From a bacterium (GTDB lineage Bacteria; Bacteroidota; Bacteroidia; Bacteroidales; Marinilabiliaceae): DNA of 61,133 bases. The stretch covers positions 6,532-67,664 of the forward strand of contig CAVILU010000002.1 of assembly GCA_963643535.1 (NCBI GenBank), read 5' to 3'. The position numbers and the translations under genes are program-made. Positions 58,173 through 61,133 of the stretch are shown in pieces. How positions within the stretch are numbered: position 1 is the first letter of the stretch; every line of letters starts with the position of its first letter. The notes under the pieces are model-generated. The model ran no database searches. It had not been told where the DNA came from and worked only from the letters and a program-made list of their open reading frames with translations.

Positions 58173-58211
58173 GCGGGGCAACGCCAACTGTTAATTGCTA
58201 ATTGTTAACTG
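58173..58211. repeat. 22-bp repeat GCGGGGCAACGCCAACTGTTAA plus heptad array (ccaactg ttaattg ctaattg ttaactg)
   Basis: An exact 22-mer recurs at 60041-60062. The heptads overlap the last codons and the stop of the AAA-ATPase gene. Confidence 0.85.
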
Positions 58212-59931
58212 ATTCCATTCTCCGAAGTTCCCACCCCTCGAACTGCAAAATAATCAAATGCAGAGCAGTCCCCTGCCGCAGAGCCTCGACACGCGGAGCC
58301 GCAGCGTAACGCCTGATCTGCTCCACCGCCTCATCCCATTGCTTCTGAGCTCGTTCCTCGGCCCATTCCCCCTTCTTGAGCATCTTGAGCTCAATGATAT
58401 AGCTGTGAGATGCCTTATATCGCGAGAAGTCGGGCAATAGGAAAAAGTCGCAATACCCGTGGCTCATCTCCAGTTCGGGAGTCAGGATGTAGTAGTTGTT
58501 GAGGCTTAGGTAGGCCATGAAGAAACCCTGCAGATTCCGCTCTCCCTCTATGCCGTCGCGGACGGATGACACTCGGGCGTATGCCTCGGAGAGGAATTGA
58601 AATACAGGTTGCCAATTGCCGTTATAGGCAAGCTCGTAGAAGTTGGTGTCCAGTTCATCCGTATCGACTGTGGCAACTTCCTCAAACTGCTCTAACAAAT
58701 ATTCGTAGTATTGCTTACGGACGTTATTGTTTGGGATGCTGAGTATGGTCTGGCTTCCGCGCATACGGTTGTATGTCAACATCCCATAGTAGAAGAGCAG
58801 GCTCGTGAACATCTTGGGTTTCACGAGCATACGGGCTGGGAACGATTCCTCTATCTGAGCAGATATCTCCCCTTGCTCGGCAATTTTATAGACAATGCCT
58901 TTGCGGTCGCCGTCCAACTTGTCGAGCTGGAGCAGCTTCTTCATTTTAGTGTAGTCCGTCTTCGTGTTAGGGTCCACCATATTGGATGGTGTGCGTTTCC
59001 TGTTCACAAGGCTGTCGAGATAATACAGCACCATGTCGCTATTGAAGACTCGACTCTGATTTTCGAGAGCATCTTCCGAGAAACAGTAGTTGTCGTACCA
59101 CGGCTTGATGCTTTCGATGGTTGCCTCGACATCCGTGCTCTCCGCCAGCATCTCGGAGTCTTTGTAGTATTGGATCATCTCCCGCACATCCTCTGTCGAG
59201 AAGCCTAGCATCTGGTTGAACGAGTCGTCGGTCGAGAGGTTAAGGGCGATGTTGAAGCCGCTTGTGAGGTCGTCGAGCGTCACTGGGCTAACGCCCATCA
59301 TAAAGATGCGCGTTGGGAGTACCTTGAATATCTTGAATATGTCGCGGTAGAAACCGCTGGCGTGCGTAAGTGCTGTGTACACGGCTTCGCCTTTCTCGTT
59401 GAGCACGTTGTTCGTGAAGTTGTCGTACTCGTCGAGGATTAGGTATATCTGTGTGCCGTGCTCTTTGGCGTAGTCGGTGATTACATTCAGTTTTGCCGCG
59501 GCGTCCGAGGCGTTTCTGACTGCGTCTATGACCTCGGTGGGGTACTCATCTGAGTATTTGCTCATAAAACTGCTGAGTTTCATGGCCATATACTCATTGA
59601 AGCAAGCCTCCAGATTGTCAATGTTCCCCCTTATGAGTGAGAAGTCCAAATGCAAAATCTGAAACTTTCCACGTAGCGGGGTAGGGTGGCTGCCAATCCA
59701 AAGGTCGCCAAAGAGCTCGTCGAAGCGGTCGGCGCATTTGCTGTCGTAGTAAGTGGACAGCATATTGAGGAAAAGGCTCTTGCCGAATCGCCTGGGACGG
59801 ATAAGGAACAGGAAATTCCCGCGCGTCTCAAGCATAGGGATATACATAGTCTTGTCGACGTAGTACTTATTCTGTCTCCTAAGTTCTACGAAGTCCGAGA
59901 TACCGTATGGCAATAGCTTGACTTGCTCCAT
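58198..59931 (-). CDS. AAA-ATPase-like protein with C-terminal PD-(D/E)XK nuclease domain (PDDEXK_9-type)
   Basis: N-terminus LPYGISDFVELRRQNKYYVDKTMYI...FLIRPRRFGKSLFL (P-loop-like). C-terminus SHGYCDFFLLP...SYIIELKMLK (D...ELK). 577 aa. Confidence 0.85.
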   Translation of the reverse strand: MEQVKLLPYGISDFVELRRQNKYYVDKTMYIPMLETRGNFLFLIRPRRFGKSLFLNMLSTYYDSKCADRFDELFGDLWIGSHPTPLRGKFQILHLDFSLIRGNIDNLEACFNEYMAMKLSSFMSKYSDEYPTEVIDAVRNASDAAAKLNVITDYAKEHGTQIYLILDEYDNFTNNVLNEKGEAVYTALTHASGFYRDIFKIFKVLPTRIFMMGVSPVTLDDLTSGFNIALNLSTDDSFNQMLGFSTEDVREMIQYYKDSEMLAESTDVEATIESIKPWYDNYCFSEDALENQSRVFNSDMVLYYLDSLVNRKRTPSNMVDPNTKTDYTKMKKLLQLDKLDGDRKGIVYKIAEQGEISAQIEESFPARMLVKPKMFTSLLFYYGMLTYNRMRGSQTILSIPNNNVRKQYYEYLLEQFEEVATVDTDELDTNFYELAYNGNWQPVFQFLSEAYARVSSVRDGIEGERNLQGFFMAYLSLNNYYILTPELEMSHGYCDFFLLPDFSRYKASHSYIIELKMLKKGEWAEERAQKQWDEAVEQIRRYAAAPRVEALRQGTALHLIILQFEGWELRRMESVNN

Positions 59932-60040
59932 GTCGCAATCATTTTATAGTCCACAAAGATACGGAATTTTCCCCGTGGTGCTAAATCATAAGTTTTAAGT
60001 GAGTATACAACCCAGCTCCCCAAAGGAAAAATCCCACTCT

Positions 60041-60090
60041 GCGGGGCAACGCCAACTGTTAACTGATAACTGTTAACTGTTAACTGATAA
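60041..60090. repeat. Second copy of the 22-bp repeat plus heptad array (ccaactg ttaactg ataactg ttaactg ttaactg ataag)
   Basis: The exact 22-mer match to 58173-58194 is followed by 5.7 heptads. Confidence 0.85.
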
Positions 60091-60277
60091 GTTTTCCCGC
60101 GCCCCAATCAGCCAATATCCACCATCTGCCCTTCAGAAACTGGGACTCTGCTTTTTTATTCGCAAATCGCTGCTGTTTTCCGCTTCCCGCCCCTCTATAT
60201 TTGCAATGTCATCGGAAGAGAAATGACTTTCGAAGATACTAACTAACAATTAAATAACTAGCAAATATCATAAAACA

Positions 60278-60625
60278 ATGAAGACAGTTTATACAAAGCA
60301 AGCCCTCAAGTCCGCCCTCGATTCTGGCGAGAGCCATGTATGCGTCAAAGGCGATTTCGCCAAGGAGCTCACCCGCAAAATCCAGGCCCAGAACTCAACA
60401 AGGAATGCTGCTCTCGGAGTTGGTGCCCTTGCTGCTCTTGGCGTCCTCGCCGCGCCTTTTACTTTCGGCGCGTCTCTCGGCGTCACGGCTCTAACTATCG
60501 GCGGCGTCACAATCTCTACCGCTGAGGTCGCTATCCTTGCAGCTGCGGGACTCGCTGCTTATGGCATCCACAAGGGCATGAACGCCCGGATAAATAAGGA
60601 CGGCTCGGTGGTGATCTATAAGTAA
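60278..60625 (+). CDS. Hypothetical 115-aa protein with Gly/Ala-zipper hydrophobic core
   Basis: Soluble N-terminal 40 aa, then AALGVGALAALGVLAAPFTFGASLGVTALTIGGVTISTAEVAILAAAGLAAYGI. GC-rich codon usage like the host genes. Confidence 0.5.
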   Translation: MKTVYTKQALKSALDSGESHVCVKGDFAKELTRKIQAQNSTRNAALGVGALAALGVLAAPFTFGASLGVTALTIGGVTISTAEVAILAAAGLAAYGIHKGMNARINKDGSVVIYK

Positions 60626-60816
60626 CAATCGAGGTTGTGCATTTGTGCATAATCTTGGATGAATTAATGCAATTTAACAATTCGGAGGGGGGGATTGTTA
60701 AATTATTGCGTAAATTCGACTTAGTCTAAGGAGTCTCCTGTTCACCGCAGACGGCTCCACAAAGATACCTCTAATGCTTTCCCGCCGATTAGGTTAATAC
60801 ATAAAGATATACGAAG

Positions 60817-61133
60817 ATGACAAGACTAAGCGATAAGGCTTTCGCTGTCATGGCGGCCTGCGAAAAGACAAAGCAGCCATTTGGAATAACGGTGGACTAC
60901 GTCGGTCCTCAGCACTACAAGTTTGTCTGGGCTTTCAAGATGAACGCCGCCAAGGCCCGTCGCGAGGGTTATGACTCCAATTCGGTCCACGGCGATGTCT
61001 CTTTCGACGCCGAGTATCCTGGTTGCCCATGCTGTGGAGCCAAGAGTTTCTACCTCTGCATCTGCGGCAAGATCGTTTGCCACGATGGCGTCAGCAACTC
61101 CTCTGTCTGTCCCCATTGCGGAGAGTATGTCGA
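60817..61133 (+). CDS. Cys-rich metal-binding protein, probable TerY-C-like domain; 3' end beyond the window
   Basis: Hand translation gives MTRLSDKAFAVMAACEKTKQPFGITVDYVGPQHYKFVWAFKMNAAKARREGYDSNSVHGDVSFDAEYPGCPCCGAKSFYLCICGKIVCHDGVSNSSVCPHCGEYV. There are 8 Cys plus His in 38 residues. The family assignment is from memory only. Confidence 0.45.
   Translation, partial: MTRLSDKAFAVMAACEKTKQPFGITVDYVGPQHYKFVWAFKMNAAKARREGYDSNSVHGDVSFDAEYPGCPCCGAKSFYLCICGKIVCHDGVSNSSVCPHCGEYV

Noticed and set aside
52465-60100. Calling the orphan island a mobile genetic element or prophage.
   Set aside because: No integrase, transposase, relaxase or phage structural genes are present, and no tRNA-derived att duplication flanks it. 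Only compositional and repeat evidence exists, so it is reported as an island of unknown origin.
60687-60693. A G7 homopolymer, and the C9 tract at 38566-38574, considered as phase-variation switches.
   Set aside because: G7 sits in the loop of a tttaacaat/attgttaaa hairpin between genes. Neither tract lies inside an intact ORF or at clear promoter spacing. Without read-level length variation, a phase-variation claim is unsupported.
60826-61116. A 96-aa minus-strand ORF at the right edge.
   Set aside because: It is antisense to the better-supported Cys-rich TerY-C-like ORF on the plus strand, and its sequence shows no motifs.

Overview
This 61-kb chromosomal window looks like a Bacteroidota (Bacteroidales-type) genome. 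That assignment is an inference from three things: a porP-porKLMN type IX secretion core, TAnnTTTG -7 promoter boxes, and the absence of Shine-Dalgarno sites. No database search was run.

Most of the window is densely packed housekeeping DNA:
- a 2-oxoacid:ferredoxin oxidoreductase operon (partial)
- tonB, panCD plus a DUF2723 membrane protein, and a cytoplasmic multi-PAS histidine kinase
- ldcA, kdsB, a sigma-54 activator with lptE, secG and topA
- porP/K/L/M/N, manC, frr, metG, radC, upp, radA and nnr
- rpsT flanked by two identical tRNA-Glu genes
- thrE-like exporter halves, a LysR regulator, a GH2 glycosidase and a LuxR regulator
- mlaEF, mscS, rlpA, ribE, ilvE and galE

Seven tRNA genes are present. 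Five are tRNA-Gln genes created by a perfect 203-bp tandem duplication. I saw no rRNA, CRISPR array, integrase or transposase.

The accessory content sits in three places:
- A visibly A/T-richer orphan island at about 52.5-58.1 kb. It holds a 602-aa unknown protein and, divergently, a terminator-closed five-gene operon of membrane, coiled-coil and lipoprotein products that I cannot assign to any family. This is the best candidate for an undescribed system.
- An AAA-ATPase/PD-(D/E)XK gene bracketed by 22-bp direct repeats and heptanucleotide (TTAACTG/TCAATTG) arrays. It is followed by a Gly-zipper protein and a probable TerY-C-like Cys-rich gene that is cut by the window edge.
- Decayed ATPase genes next to both tRNA loci.

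Other oddities are a TonB C-terminal relic, a pseudo-receiver on the kinase, and a repeat-containing 374-nt frr-metG spacer.

All calls rest on hand translation and motif recognition only.
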